A DNA stretch of 63,696 bases, the filler included, from Sphacelaria rigidula (Eukaryota), in assembly GCA_964200075.2 (NCBI GenBank). It is 10 parts of 10 records of this genome, joined end to end, with 100 filler letters (N's around TTAATTAATTAA, not from the genome) between each part and the next. Parts side by side here need not be neighbours in the genome. Positions count along the whole stretch, not along the records: positions 31,901 to 38,180 come from CAXNAA020021043.1; positions 38,281 to 44,559 come from CAXNAA020021044.1; positions 44,660 to 50,938 come from CAXNAA020021045.1; 7 more parts are not named here. One strand, given 5' to 3'. Below, one piece after another: positions 36,483 to 49,592 of the stretch. The stretch's first letter is position 1. The number at the start of each line of letters is the position of its first letter. The notes beneath the pieces were generated by a model. That model saw nothing but the letters and a program-made list of their open reading frames with translations, ran no database searches and was not told the origin of the DNA. The translations under genes and the position numbers were made by a program.

Positions 36483-38180
36483 ATGCATGGTAGAAACGAG
36501 GTTAAACGGCGAAAAGAAGTGTATGATAGTGGCGCTTACCGTAGGCAGTGGTTCAGTGTCAGGCTCCGCTCCTGGTGGCCGTAGGCCGGGTACCCTGTCG
36601 AGATGGGTTGTTTTTTTCTTATGAGGTTGAGGGTCGTTTTTGCTTGGTGGCGTCACGGGGTTCTCTCCACCAGGGGGGGAGAACAGGTAGTGTTCCGCGG
36701 TATTTTCCGAGGAGTGGATTTGTCGTTTCTCGAGGCAAACACCTGTTTTTCTTGGAAGAAGTGCCGTTGGAAATCAGACAAGAGCTCGGCACGGGTGTCA
36801 TAGAAGCAGAATTGACACCTTATGAAGTCTTCGTCATTATCTCCCGCTGACAGGTCAAAGAGGGGTTTTGAGGTAGAGGGGGCTCTGCATTCGTTGCAAG
36901 GGTGAGAGCGGTTCTCGTCCGCTTCAACTAGGGTCTCAACGCAGTTGTGGTCGTCGGCGTGAGCGTTTACCCTGTCTTTACCGCCGGTGGGGTCGGTCAT
37001 GCGGTGGTACGGAGTGCTGACACCGAAAGTCCACGCCACACGCAAGGCAGAGGAAGGGGGCCTGTTTCTTGGCGCCCCTTGGGGCTGGCTTTGTTCCCTG
37101 GGATACAGAGACAGGGGTGGTGCACACGCAGCACCTGTTGATGTCGAAGGAATCAGGAGAAGGACGAAGGGACGGTTGCGAAAAGTGCAGTGAGGAAAGT
37201 ACGGGAGGGAACATCGTTGAACCGTGATCGAATGCGTGACCAACGGCTGTAGGAAGCGATGATGTCAAGTGGTTGGAAAAATCAAGAAGTTGAACAATAG
37301 GTTGCTTTCGGTAATCACGTTACGAGCTGAGCTAGTCTGAAACATTTTTGGGCGGTTGAAGACCTTTGCACGGCCGGTCTAAGAGTCGAAAGCCGAAATG
37401 TGAGGGGTACTCCTTGATAACCTTACCGTGGTAAAACCACCGGCATGTTGGTAGATGTGGCTTTTTCTACAATCAGATTTCGAGTATAGGACCTAGGCAA
37501 ACAAGCAAGTATAGCATGTAGAAGTGAGTTGAATTGCGTAAACACAGAAAATGTGGGAGGTCCTCTCCTAGCGAAGCGTCCTCCTTGTGTCTTGAATCGT
37601 GGGCTGAATTTGGATGGTGTCATCTCCTATGGGAAAGTACACCGAACACATGCATCAATTGGGCTGGAAACTGGACCAGTTAATATTGTCTATTTCCACT
37701 TTTACTGCAGGTGAACCGGGAATGGCTGCGAGAGCGCCAGTTGTTATCCAGTTTGTCTGGGGTTTTGTCGTGACCGGGTATTTTTATAATAGTTGTATTA
37801 TGGTGAGTTTACAACAAAGGAACACTGTATATAATTAGACTGTACGATTGAAGTCTGCACTCTGGAGTAATACAGGTACCACAAACTTCGTTGGTACCTT
37901 CTTGTTCTACAGCTTTCCATCTATCGATCGTAGCGAGTAGGTCGACGGTTGGTCAGTCGAATGGGAAAAATGAAGATATAAAGAAGAATCGTGACATATT
38001 TATGGTGGGACGCTTGCTGCGGAAGTGCCGAACGCCAAACCCTCATCGCCAGTTGCATGGTCAAGAGCGTTCTGCACATGATGCAGTACATGCACACTAC
38101 AGTATTCAGCGTCAGAAGTATGCGGAATTCGTACTTTCTTAGTAACAACAAATTGTGAGAATTGAGGTTTAACTTCGAGA

Positions 38181-38280
38181 NNNNNNNNNNNNNNNNNNNN
38201 NNNNNNNNNNNNNNNNNNNNNNNNTTAATTAATTAANNNNNNNNNNNNNNNNNNNNNNNNNNNNNNNNNNNNNNNNNNNN
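38181..38280. other. Artificial contig linker
   Basis: N44-TTAATTAATTAA-N44. Confidence 0.97.
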
Positions 38281-38354
38281 AAGCACCCACATACACCGAA
38301 AAATGTAGACCGGTGCCCAGAATAAATGGGACGACAACACACACACACACACAC
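38281..38354 (+). mobile_element. 3' end of the SINE with (CA)n tail
   Basis: ..GTAGACCGGTGCCCAGAATAAATGGGACGACAA(CA)n is the reverse complement of the 10605-10660 and 58695-58760 ends. Confidence 0.7.
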
Positions 38355-38460
38355 TATCAATATAAAAAGTATATCTACCCACATTATGCCATACTGCAGT
38401 GCCTTGTCACGCTTTCCGTTAGAGCACGTGCCGAATATCGCAGCTGCTCGTGCTTCAAGG

Positions 38461-38840
38461 CATCCATACAAAGCCGGGACGGAGCACGCCGAATTTCACC
38501 GGATCAGGGCTCGCGATTAATCACCAAGCACGAAGCGCCGTGGTGTGTTCGGCGCGTCGCATGAACGGTGAGGTGAGTCTGCCAAGATTATTCGGCCGAA
38601 AGGGTGCTCCTTATCTTGAATTTTGGATGACAGCCTGCAATGAGCTCTTTGTCCAGAGACAGGCACAGCTTATACACTACCTCATGGGTGTCTCACTATC
38701 TAAAACACTACGTAGTACAATAACCCCCTTTGTGCGAAGTTGAGGATTTCCCACCCCGCAAAAATTATCGAGCTTGACTACCATCATAGTTACCGCAAAA
38801 CAACGCCAGCGCACAAAAAGAACGGTAACCTGGTTACGTA
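38461..38840 (+). repeat. Diverged dispersed repeat, partner of 30296-30795
   Basis: Collinear shared blocks. Confidence 0.7.
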
Positions 38841-39284
38841 GGTATGGCGCAGTTGGTCGACTGATTTTGCACGCTTTCGATGAAAAGGCTGAGTGAAATT
38901 CGTCAAGCGGTACTTGATTACTTGTATTCAATACAGACGGTATAGGCCGAACACAGTGTTGCCTGTACTGTCTGTGCAGTGTGTATTTCGTAAAGCATGC
39001 AGGCGCGATGTGGGAAAGGAGCGGGCAACGTGGCATACAGACAGCAGAGCTGTTTGTACTCTCTGCATACGGGGGGTGTCGAGAAGATTTGAACCGTGTG
39101 CAGCTTGTACTGCCTCTACTGCCCATGAGCGTGTTCGCAATTCGGTCGCCCCCCCCAGCACGCAACTCCGTCGGTGGATCCCACCACAAAATTAGATGCC
39201 CAAGTTTTCGCCATCAAAATATAAACACATCATGCCAAGAGAGTGGTGCACACGTGGACAGATAGCATCCTGTCGGGCACGTCT

Positions 39285-39455
39285 ACAGGGTTCAGTGAAA
39301 CTATGCAGTGTTTCTCGCGGGGATCTGGCTGTAGGGTGTTTTTTTGCGCCACACAGTATGCTTCACAGGGTTTCAGGGAAACTGTACAGTGTGTCTCGCG
39401 GGGATTTGGCTGAAGGGAATGGTTTTGCGCCGCACAGTACGCTTCACAGGGTTTC
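39285..39455. repeat. Tandem duplication, two ~80-bp units
   Basis: ACAGGGTT(T)CAG.GAAACT.T.CAGTGT.TCTCGCGGGGAT.TGGCTG.. occurs twice. Confidence 0.8.
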
Positions 39456-39974
39456 GTCACCCCGTGTACACTTCATTGCTGTTAATATATTGTATAGTGC
39501 TTATAACGCACATACAATATGCTTCACCTTACAGCACGGGCGTGGTACTGGCAGGAAACAACGGTCGAAAATGACAGCGGTAGATACTAAACTCACGCTC
39601 TCGCGGTCGTGAGTACAACGTGCTGTACATTGAACCACCTACGATTCATTGTTGTCAAAACGCATAATATTTTTGTGCTTTTAATAAATATCAAGCAAAA
39701 ATCTCCATAAACGAAAGCATGATTGATTGAGTAATTTCTTCTCGAAAAGCATTCCGTTTGTTCTGGTAGACATTGAGCAACGGGGTTTTCATGAGGTATG
39801 TGGATAGATACACAAGGTATATTCAAAAATCAACCAGTATCTTTACCGCGCCTGCAGCACAAGCGTCGCTTCGAAGCACAGGCGTGTGGACATACACGCG
39901 TAAGCAGTGCGTGGGATTTGTGTTCAGCGGTGTCTGCTGAGAGCTCTATCCTTACCCCAATTGTTACATAGTTA

Positions 39975-40200
39975 GGCCGGATGTTATGGCCAACATACTT
40001 TCGGCCAACAGGTCGTTCATTTTTGGGGCGTTTGGCCCACCTTGAGACTCTTAAACCAAGAAAACCGCCAACACACGTCTCGGACACTTTGCATCACCCC
40101 ACAGAGAGGAGCCTAGTCTGCTATACAGATTCCTCCGGCTTCGAGGTTTCGAGACTGGCTGCTGACCAAAATTCCGTGGGCAAAATCTGTGCTTGCCGAA
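39975..40200 (+). mobile_element. One arm of the Harbinger/Tourist-like foldback MITE
   Basis: TTA|GGCCGGATGTTATGGC.. aligns with 45896-46122. Confidence 0.72.
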
Positions 40201-40592
40201 CAGCTTCTCAAAATAAATAAATTCATGTATTTTGAAACAAAATAGTTTGAAAGTTTCAAATAGGGGTTGCCTCTCGACAGGGTTTCTTACAGGGTGTCGA
40301 GAAAAGCGCTACACAAAATGCAGGTACAGGTACTAGGGCTTGCAATTACCGTACAGGGGTTTTCACGAAGACTGCGAAGAACCCTGTGCAGTACGTCCTC
40401 CAGGGTGCTATCTGTTCACGTGTGTGGTGTCGGTTCCCCATCACTCGGATGTATTTATCACTGTCTGTGCGCAGCTCGTGATCTATGCTGCAGGGTTGAG
40501 TTGGTAGCTGCGAATGAACCATGTTTGTGGGGGTTTGGATAGTTCTATGAAAGGGTGGTATCTGGCATGGTTGTCTTCGACGTGAGTCATGC

Positions 40593-40823
40593 TACGATAG
40601 GGGGAGGGTATTTTGGGCCGTTTTCTCCTACGAAATTTGACGTGGAATCGTCGTCAATAGCAGCAGCGGTTGTTGACACGCGCTTACTTCCGATAATAAC
40701 GCTCAGTCATACCATTTGACACCACTTTTACCCAAATACAAGCGCACCGCGAGTGTGTGATGCCGTCTGGGGCATGTATGAGCCCATTTTTTCGTGGAAC
40801 CAAACATTCCCCCCCCTATCGTA
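40593..40823. mobile_element. Putative TA-TSD MITE with CGATAGGGGG termini
   Basis: TA|CGATAGGGGGAG ... CCCCCCCTATCG|TA. The same terminus precedes the repeat at ~25369. Confidence 0.5.
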
Positions 40824-43800
40824 TCATTACTCGCGTGGAGGCCATGTACCCCTTCAGCAATATTCTTGTTATGTGAAGATGTAAGCAGCGTGCAGTACAG
40901 TACTGCACCGTGCCGCATCGGCCGCATTGACCGCACGAAGCAGGACACAGACGCCCGGTTGCACAGGGTAGTGCAGCAGCTGTAGTGAAAAATGCTTGAA
41001 CTTGTACCATGGATTCCACAGTACGGGTGCACTTTTTGAAAGGTCGGACGAATCATCGCTGGTGCAGATCACCAGATAGATCCACTATTTGTGAGGCCTG
41101 TTTATCGGAAAGAGATGAAAACGCTGACAGTCGTTCAAAATCGCCCTCACACCAATGCTGCGCCACTCCACGTGCCTGGGGTACGCGTGCGTGGGGTGCA
41201 ATGCTGAAAACAAGGGATTGGTTCGTACGGGCACCATCTGCCTCCCTCTTGAGTGACTTCGTCTGGATCATTCCTCTAGCAGTGTCTTATCCCTGTGGAA
41301 AGGGATACTACTGTACCACTGTGTATCCACCCTTCAGAGGGATTAAACCCCTCTTCAGGGGCTTCTCTGCCCCCTGGAAAGATAAATTTTGATGTGGAGA
41401 GATTTTGGGGGGTAGCCAAATGACCGCGTGTGCACATTGCATGGGGCAGATAAAGTTTTTTTATTGTTCGAGTTTTTTTTGTGTTTTGTCAAGCCGCTCC
41501 ATACTGTTAGCAAACGAAACAACAGCCCTATGAAGATGCTGTTCTGGTCCTTCTTCATCGTTTTATACTCTAAAACAGAGCTAGACGGAGGTGGATATCT
41601 TGGAATAACTTTCATCTAACTCGCTGAGACAGTTCCCGGATACCTTAGCGTTGTCCAGAGGTAGCAGTCTTTCTTTTGACCAAACTTGCATCTTTGTCGA
41701 AGAACGGGTGAGAACAATCAAATCTAGAAAAGACGGTCATTTTTCTCTGGACTTGATGGTTTCGTGACAAAATGCTCAGTTGGCGAAAATGAAAACTGCG
41801 GCAACCGGAAAACGCGAAGAACTCCTCGAACCGCCTCAACGAGTGGAACAAATCATTCCGAGGAGTCAAACTCCACCAAGGTATTTCTTCAGGCCGTAAA
41901 ACGCGAAGAAGGACCCAACCTTTTCACCACAGAGTTTCTAATTTTTACTGGTAAGGCCGCTCATTACAGCAGACAAGAAAAACATCCGAGAAAGTGCCCT
42001 TTGGAGCTTCTACGTCGGTTTACCCCCTAAAGGAGAGCTAGGCGAGTTTTGACACCTTAGAATTCGTTATTGTACTCGTTGAGACGGTTCCAGCACACCT
42101 GTCCGTTTTCCCGGTCACAACAGCTTTTTTCTTGCCCAACCTCGCATCTTCCTCGGCAACCGGCCGCATCCACGAAAAAAGCGCGAAATATTTTGTTGAC
42201 TTGGCCGGTGTCCGACAAAATGCAAGATTGGGAAAGAAAAAACTGCGACCACTGAAAGAACGCAGAGGTGTGCTGGAACTGTCTCAACGAGTACATCAAC
42301 GCATTCCAAGGTATCATTATTCACCTAGCTCTCTCTTAAAGCGCAAAACGACGTAAAAGTTCCAAGCGGCACTAATCAAGTTTTGTATTTTTTTTAACCC
42401 CATCCCTGCGAAGCAAGACCCCTACACCTTACCCCTCGTTGTTTCTCGTTTGTGGAAGTTATTGTTTCCCCTCTGCTTCGTTCAGGCCTGTATCCCTTGA
42501 CTTCACCAAGAAAGCCATTTTTTTTTTTTGGGAGCCGAAAAATGGCTTATTATTTAGCCTATTTGAATTCGAAAAGAAATTGAAGCAAAAAACAAAAAGA
42601 GGTCAAAAACGAAAAAAAGTGGCCCAAACTCCCGAAAGATGAAGCCGAAATTCCCGAAAAACTTGAAACAGGCCAAAGGACAAGAACAAAAAAAAACGTG
42701 TATGGAGCAGAGGCGTAGAAGGGCATGAGAGCGGATGGCCCCACAACCGCTATCGGGAGGTCATTGTTTGCCTGTGTTTTACTCGGGCGACGTGTTGTGC
42801 AGCAAAGCATGTTGATTTCGCATTGGGTGTAATTCCGCATGACCCACTAAGTTACCCCCGTTTACACCCCCCTCCACAGAGCCTCGATCCCGAGTACTTA
42901 ATATCCGTCGTACTTTGTAGCCAGGGGATGTGTAAGAAGAGAGGTTCTATCCTGACTAATGCCCAGTGTACTTTCCCTCCACTTTTGCCTTGTCTGTCTT
43001 CGGTGAAGCAATTATCTTGTTTTTTACTGTCATGTTTTTATTTCCGGGAGGTTTTCTCCTTGTCTTCAGGTGCCCACGTAAACATTGATTACCGGTTGCA
43101 GCATGCACCCACACCTTTCGTGTTCCAGTTTCGGTTGTGCGTCAATCTTCGATGTTCAATTGATGGTTAATTATCTGCGAGCTGTGTGGATCATTCCGGG
43201 AGGGGGAGGGATGAGATTATTGAATGGTTGTTGTTCGTGGTGAAGTGCTTGGTTGTTTGATTTAACCAAGAGTTATATATATGTTGATTGTTTTGCGCTG
43301 CATATTGTGCGCGTGTTCCCGCACACAGCTTGGAAGGTGGCGCTGCTTTGCTATCGTAGGTTTGATGATTGACAACGTACACTCGAAGACTTGGGGGCGG
43401 GGGAGGTTTCGCGGTTGGTACGAAGTCTTTGTTTTATTTGGTACCACGTGTATATTTTGTTGTCACAATACTTTAAAGTTGATTGTTCCGTCGATACAAT
43501 GATTCATGACTGTTGGCATTTAGTGGCAACACTTCATGCGTTTCGCGTATCGCCCCTCTTGTACTTCAAACCAATCCAACGATCATGATTGTTCAATGAA
43601 TAAGCATAAAACAATGCGGGAAACGTCGATGTGAGTGTTGCTAGGACAATCATATCAACAGCAAATCAAAATCTCGACATGATAAAATGCTGATGAACAA
43701 CCCTGCTTTCAAACTATCTTCGGTACTTTTTTCCTTTCACTTTACCTTTTCATGTCCCGTACGGTATTCAGTGTACTAAACAAACACCTCAACATTATTT

Positions 43801-44559
43801 CGTACTCTCAGTCGCGTTTTTCACAGAGGCTGCAATTGAACGTGAGACACAATGACCGCGGTTGTATCGTTTGGTTTTGCCTAGCTTTCGGGCCCGAAGA
43901 CGCTGTACCTCAACCGCTAGAAGGGTGTAAATTATCTTCCAAGGTTTACGATCGGAATAAAGGATATCGTTTGGCTATTCCCTACGATGTACATGCTCTT
44001 ACACCCAAAAAAAATACTACCGAAGTTTTTTAAACATGGTGTGTTGAGTAGGGTATTTCCTGCATTTGAGTTTTTCGAAAATATCATATTCCAAGTACTC
44101 AAAAGTTGGAGAGAGCGTTAAGATCGAACTCAACAACACAGATATTGGGCAGAGTATAACGATCGTACCTACCTCTACCCCATATAAATGTTGGCCAATA
44201 CATATGTTGGGTAGAGTTTGGAAAACGGGCCATCGCAACACAAACTTCGGGACAGTGAATACCCGGGAATTTACCGTAACCAACACACCCTTGGAACTTC
44301 CTTTGCTGCTCAGGGTACCCTTGAAAATTGAAAACCGGTTACCGCTGGAACATTACCGCCACGCTTGAGTTCACCGCTCAATCACGTTAAAGTCAAACTA
44401 AATAAACCCCGTTCACCGCGGACAAACCACCCATGTTGCGATACCACCACACCCTGGACATTGCGAGAGCAATAATAGAATCTGCTGCTGTAGATGCCAA
44501 TAACAACAAATTGTGCGAACTGAGGTTTACCTTTGAGATGAGGCTCAAGCCTAAAACAG

Positions 44560-44659
44560 NNNNNNNNNNNNNNNNNNNNNNNNNNNNNNNNNNNNNNNNN
44601 NNNTTAATTAATTAANNNNNNNNNNNNNNNNNNNNNNNNNNNNNNNNNNNNNNNNNNNN
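44560..44659. other. Artificial contig linker
   Basis: N44-TTAATTAATTAA-N44. Confidence 0.97.
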
Positions 44660-45895
44660 AGGGTGGAGGCGGCAGGGGGGCGTGGGGGGGGGGCGGGGTG
44701 GGGGGGGGGGGGGGGGGGCGTGGGGTTGGATTAAGGATGAGGTGCAAGACGACGAGGGTGCTGGCACTTTTCGGAGATTTGCGTACGCTGGGCGGTACAT
44801 ATGGTCAATAGTTGCGAAATAAAAATGTACCGAGTAAAGAACAAAAGCTATTGGAACTAGTGACCGACCAGAGCTGCAAAATGTCCATACTGTGCTTTAT
44901 GCAGTACACTTTCATATATTGCGACTATTGATATACATCCGGGGTGTCAAGATTTGTGGTGTGGTGATCGAAAATACGATAAATGTGTACGATCACAGCA
45001 GTGTTGTATTCAGTGGCGGGAAACAACGATCTTGAGGAGGAGTTTGGTTCAAATTTTGGGTGAGTTGACGCCTTCCAGGCCGTGCCCCATCGAATCATTT
45101 TCCACTCAAGAACGTGCGGTGGAACCAACTTGGCCGTAATTAGCTCGTATCTGAATCATCCACATCATTCATGTTCTCCGATGGCTTCAAGACTATTCCA
45201 TCATGATTTGCGCGGGACGGGCAGAGTGAAAAACAGGGAAATTTTCAACGCCCCGAGTAGATTTTTGCTTTTTCGACCAACAGTGCGCATCGGAAAATAA
45301 TGAAGGGGCACATGACTGTTGTCTGGTAGACAACCATGCCAGATACACCTTACGAAACCATGCCGTCCTCAGTGTTTGCCAGGTGCCGAAGAAGAGAACG
45401 GGTATGAAGAACAAAAATATGGGACATGTCCTGTTTCACTATACTGCCGCACATGCACACTCGCGTTCGCTCTCACATGTGCTGTAGTTTTTCACTGTTT
45501 TGTGATGTGTTTAAAACTTGCGAAGACGGTTTGGTCTCTAATGAGGTTGCTTGAGGTGCTTCATGGTTGTGTTCGTCTCTGTGTAAAGTGTAGCATCAGT
45601 CGGGACGAAGTGCGGTCTACACAGTTGAAATGTGTTGAAAACTTCATGCTACCCGGATCTATCACTTGCGCGACACCGAACAAGGCTGAGTGAAGACACA
45701 GCCAGCGCGGGTATACACCGCTCGACCGGCTGGACCAGATCCCGTGCTCCCATGAAAGGAGCAACTCGCAGCACACTGTACGGTGCGGGTATACCGCACC
45801 GCCGGGGTACTGCTTGCACCTGTATGGCTTGGGCGCTGCCGCTGGCATTGGCGCCGGCGCTCGCAGTCACGGAAAGACACAACCAGCCGCCGTAA

Positions 45896-46378
45896 GGCCG
45901 GATGTTATGGCGAACAAATTTTTGGCGCACGAATTGCCCACAGTGTGGACATTTGACCGACTTTTCGACCCCCAGAACATGGAAAATCGCCAAACACGTC
46001 TCCGACACTTCGCATCGCCCCAAAAAGAGAGCAGCCTAGTCTACTTTTCAGACTTGCTTGGATCCGAGGTTTCGAGATTGACCGCTGAACAATAACTCGT
46101 GTGCAAAAATCTGTGCTTGCCGACCCCCGCCAGTTTGCCAATACTCTGTGGAGATCGCCGTAGATTTTATTGCACACGGATTTTTGTTCAGCAGTCGCTC
46201 TCGAAACCTTGGAGCCAACCGAGTGTGAAAAGTGGGATAGGCTCCTCTCTGTGCGGTGATGCGAAGTGTTCAAGACGTGTGTTGGCGATTTTCCCTGTTT
46301 GGGGATCAAAAGGTGGCTCCAACGTCCCAAAAGTGAACAATCCGTGGGCCAAGAATCTGTGTGCCATAACATCCGGCC
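45896..46378. mobile_element. Harbinger/Tourist-like foldback MITE with ~215-bp imperfect inverted arms
   Basis: TAA|GGCCGGATGTTATGGC ... GCCATAACATCCGGCC|CAA; the arms are alignable throughout. Confidence 0.8.
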
Positions 46379-48453
46379 CAAAGATGGGGATATATAGGCA
46401 TCGCCCGCATTGACCCAATGCGGCGGTAATGTACACTCGCTGTCTGGTTGCCTGCTTACAGCTTCGTTTCTTCGCTGCTGTTCCATCCGACTCGGCTACA
46501 GTACAGGTGTGACTCGAGCCGCGAGCCAATCACAAGCATTCTTCACTGCATCATGCACTGCGGAGGTCAAATTTCATTGACACTATGAATAGATTCCGCT
46601 GATTCCTCACTGAAGGGCCTCCGATTGGTTGAATTTCACACTCCACAAAGCAAAAGATCAATCCCCATGTATGGGCGTTGTGCCAGGAAGTGTGACTGCG
46701 ATCACCCACTACAGCACATTACATTTCCCTTCCCTCTTACTTTCTCGCAGATGGTACGAAGTCAAGGTACGTTCTCTTTACAATGCCCCATCTGCATAAT
46801 AAGGGGCAACCGCTCAGTGTACCGATGCACGTGCTTTCCGGTGACACACGGCGGTTGCAACGATGAATGTTTCAACAGTTTACTGGGTTCAGTTACGGAA
46901 ATAGCGCGAGGAAGTTGCCACAAAAGAAGGCTTCCTTTGCTTTCTAAGTTTGCATTATCCCATGATGTGTTTAATCATCGGCAATTGCTTTGCCGATCGT
47001 GTACGATACTTTCTTGTCCGTACTCCTCCGTGCTTTCACGCAAACATGGGTTATACAGAGCTGTGGGAAATGTAGTGTTTTTTACGCATACTAATGTGGG
47101 TAGTGACAGAAGCAACACGACTGAAAGAGATACACCTTTTCAAGTCCGCACCCCGCTCGAATGACAGATCTCGGGATTCCAACACTCAACTCGGATGGCA
47201 AGACTGCTTCTGTACAGAGCAAATTTGTACGGTACCGTATCTAGTCCATGTGTCACACGGGATGTACCCGTTATCATGAGGGTACCACAAAGCCATCGAC
47301 AACACTCCGCAAACACGACAACGCAGTGGGCAATTGGGACGCAAATCCAAGCCTTGTACTGTACACTGCATTCCTTTTCACATGTCATTCGATGAAGACA
47401 GCGAGACCATCGATGATCAGTGAATTAGATGTTGTACAGCACAGTCAGCACAGACAGCGCGGACAACAGCAGTAAGGTACAACCGTACCGTACCATCTGT
47501 AGTCAGTATTGACTCGAGGGGGACGAGCTAAAAGCCATCCCCTCGACAACTCCACGGACCACGGCAGTCGTATCGTTGGGTCTCCGGGCAGCCCTGACGA
47601 TCGACGACAACATCGTGGTTGGTGGCACCACAGTTTTTGAGGCAGGTCCTCTTGATGAACCTCAGTGAGTTCACGGTTAAAAGTTCACGAGGCGACAAAA
47701 GGCACTACAGAACGGCTCTTCCTCGCGACCATTTCACATCGAACCGTACAGTTAATCAGTACACAAAAAGGATACGTACAAGGATCAAGGGTCATCCTGC
47801 AACCGCCTGTAACTTGGTGCGCGCGGCCACGTCGATGATGAATACCCCACAAAGACTAGACACCCCCACCAACGCATACACTTGGTAGAAAAGCAGATTC
47901 AGAGCAACATTGCTCAGGCCTCTGGAAGCTGGGTACATTGTAACAAGCCGATAGATCCCACACTCATGTGGTCTTCTGCCCAGGTCACATGCATGAGATT
48001 TTCCCTCTAGTTTCGTACAGGGCTTTCTATGCAAGTAACAGGTACTAGAATAGTACATGCGGTTGGTGGAGGGAAAGTCAGTACTGAAGTAGAGATACTT
48101 CAACAGTCAGTACCACTGAAGCTGCAGTGCAGTACAGCAGGAACAGCCCCCCCCCTGGAGATGGGTTGGAAAACACGAGGAGTAACGAGCGATAAAGGTT
48201 TCTGCGGCGAAGCCACAATTTTTGCGCACAGTACGGTATTCGAAAACAAGGTTTTATCGATACTGTACGTACTCATTGATTAGTTTCGTGTTTAGCAGTG
48301 CATGCACTGGACATACACCGCGCATATTGAGGGATAAGATGCGAAAGTATGAGGCTACAGTGATGCCGCCGATCACGAATGTAAGGTACATTTATAGGGA
48401 ACTTTACAATTCTTTTCGTACTTTATATATTTATATTCTGGATTAGTACTTAC

Positions 48454-48689
48454 GTGATCGGCCACAAGATGAAGGCCAAAAGCAGAGTCTGCCACTTGCA
48501 CTCGACGATAGTCATGGCTCCCACAACGGCTGCGACGTGCACAAGAGTGATGTAGATGGCCATGGGCCAGTTGATGGACTTGTTCTTCCAGTGGTACACG
48601 ATGGCCTCTACCGTATCCTTGACGAGGGTGATAGGGTTCAGGGTCAAAGCCCTCCCTTCCAGAATGGTGTCAGATAAATCAGACGCCAT
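48454..48689 (-). CDS. Acyl-CoA delta-9 (stearoyl-CoA, SCD/OLE1-type) desaturase, first coding exon
   Basis: ATG..INWPMAIYITLVHVAAVVGAMTIVECKWQTLLLAFILWPI-AC|GTAAGT. These are the two N-terminal TM segments that precede GxGITxGxHRLW in delta-9 desaturases. I could not find the next exon on this contig. Confidence 0.85.
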
Positions 48690-49414
48690 CCTTACCCGAA
48701 CAACAACGTGATTTTCGAGGCCCAAGCCTTGCTCACGACGTCTTTTTGTGCCGGCCTCGAGAAAGCCCAGAGGTGTGACCCACGCACTTACTCCTATCCC
48801 CTTATGTTCGTCTGATAATGGTCCTCCTTCGCTCGTTCCTGTGCCTCACTCGTTTGTCTCTTGTAGATTTGTTGCGGAGTGTGTGAGGGAAAAGTGCTTG
48901 TGCGTTTTGATTCGATGTTCAGCGGGGTTGTTTTGTTGCGGTTGGTACTCTCCCCGTCTCTGTTCGTGATGATGATCCGATTCTACACCGTCACTGTCAT
49001 CAACTGTTCTCGAAATTACGTACGTCACAATAATTCCTACCGCACACGCCTTACAATAAAATATAAAACGAAAACTTAGGACATTACCGGATGTGTTTTT
49101 ACGCCATGCTATGTATCGGACGGTACAGTACAGACTGGCTACTGTTTGTGTGTGTGTGTGTATATATAGAGAGAGACAGTGTGTGACTCGCGCCAAGGCT
49201 GTTGTTGCACTGCAAGAGTGCACACTGGCAAACACACATTAATCTTCGCAAGGAGACCCGAAATCAGGGTTTGTAGACTGGTCTACAGATTTTTTTTGTT
49301 GTGATCGTGGATTAAAGAAGTGGGTGACGAGCTAGATTCTTTGGAATTTGAAAAAGCACCCAAGCGACCGCGCCAGCTTGGAGCGAGCGGCAGAAACTCA
49401 CGCAATTTAACGCC
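48690..49414. promoter_or_regulatory. Putative bidirectional promoter and 5'UTR region
   Basis: 725 bp between two divergent first coding exons; contains a (TG)n(TA)n(GA)n tract at ~49147-49176. Confidence 0.45.
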
Positions 49415-49592
49415 ATGACCGCACCGGCGCACAAGTCTTTGACCGAGTTGAAAGACATTGTCTATAATGATATGAAGGCTTTCTACGAAAGAGGGGAAAC
49501 AGAAAGAGACATCGCCGATGTACTGAAGTTGGAGCGAGCGATCGAGCGGGTGTGCGAGGACCGTAATGCGGATGCGAGGGAAATCATCAAGG
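49415..49592 (+). CDS. First exon of a helical/coiled-coil protein, possibly kinetochore Spc24-like
   Basis: cgccATG context and G|GTGGGT donor. Encodes MTAPAHKSLTELKDIVYNDMKAFYERGETERDIADVLKLERAIERVCEDRNADAREIIK. Coding status is likely; identity is tentative. Confidence 0.6.

Noticed and set aside
744..49592. Functional cluster of HOP2, OTU protease, nuclease and kinetochore gene
   Set aside because: The genes lie on different, artificially joined contigs.
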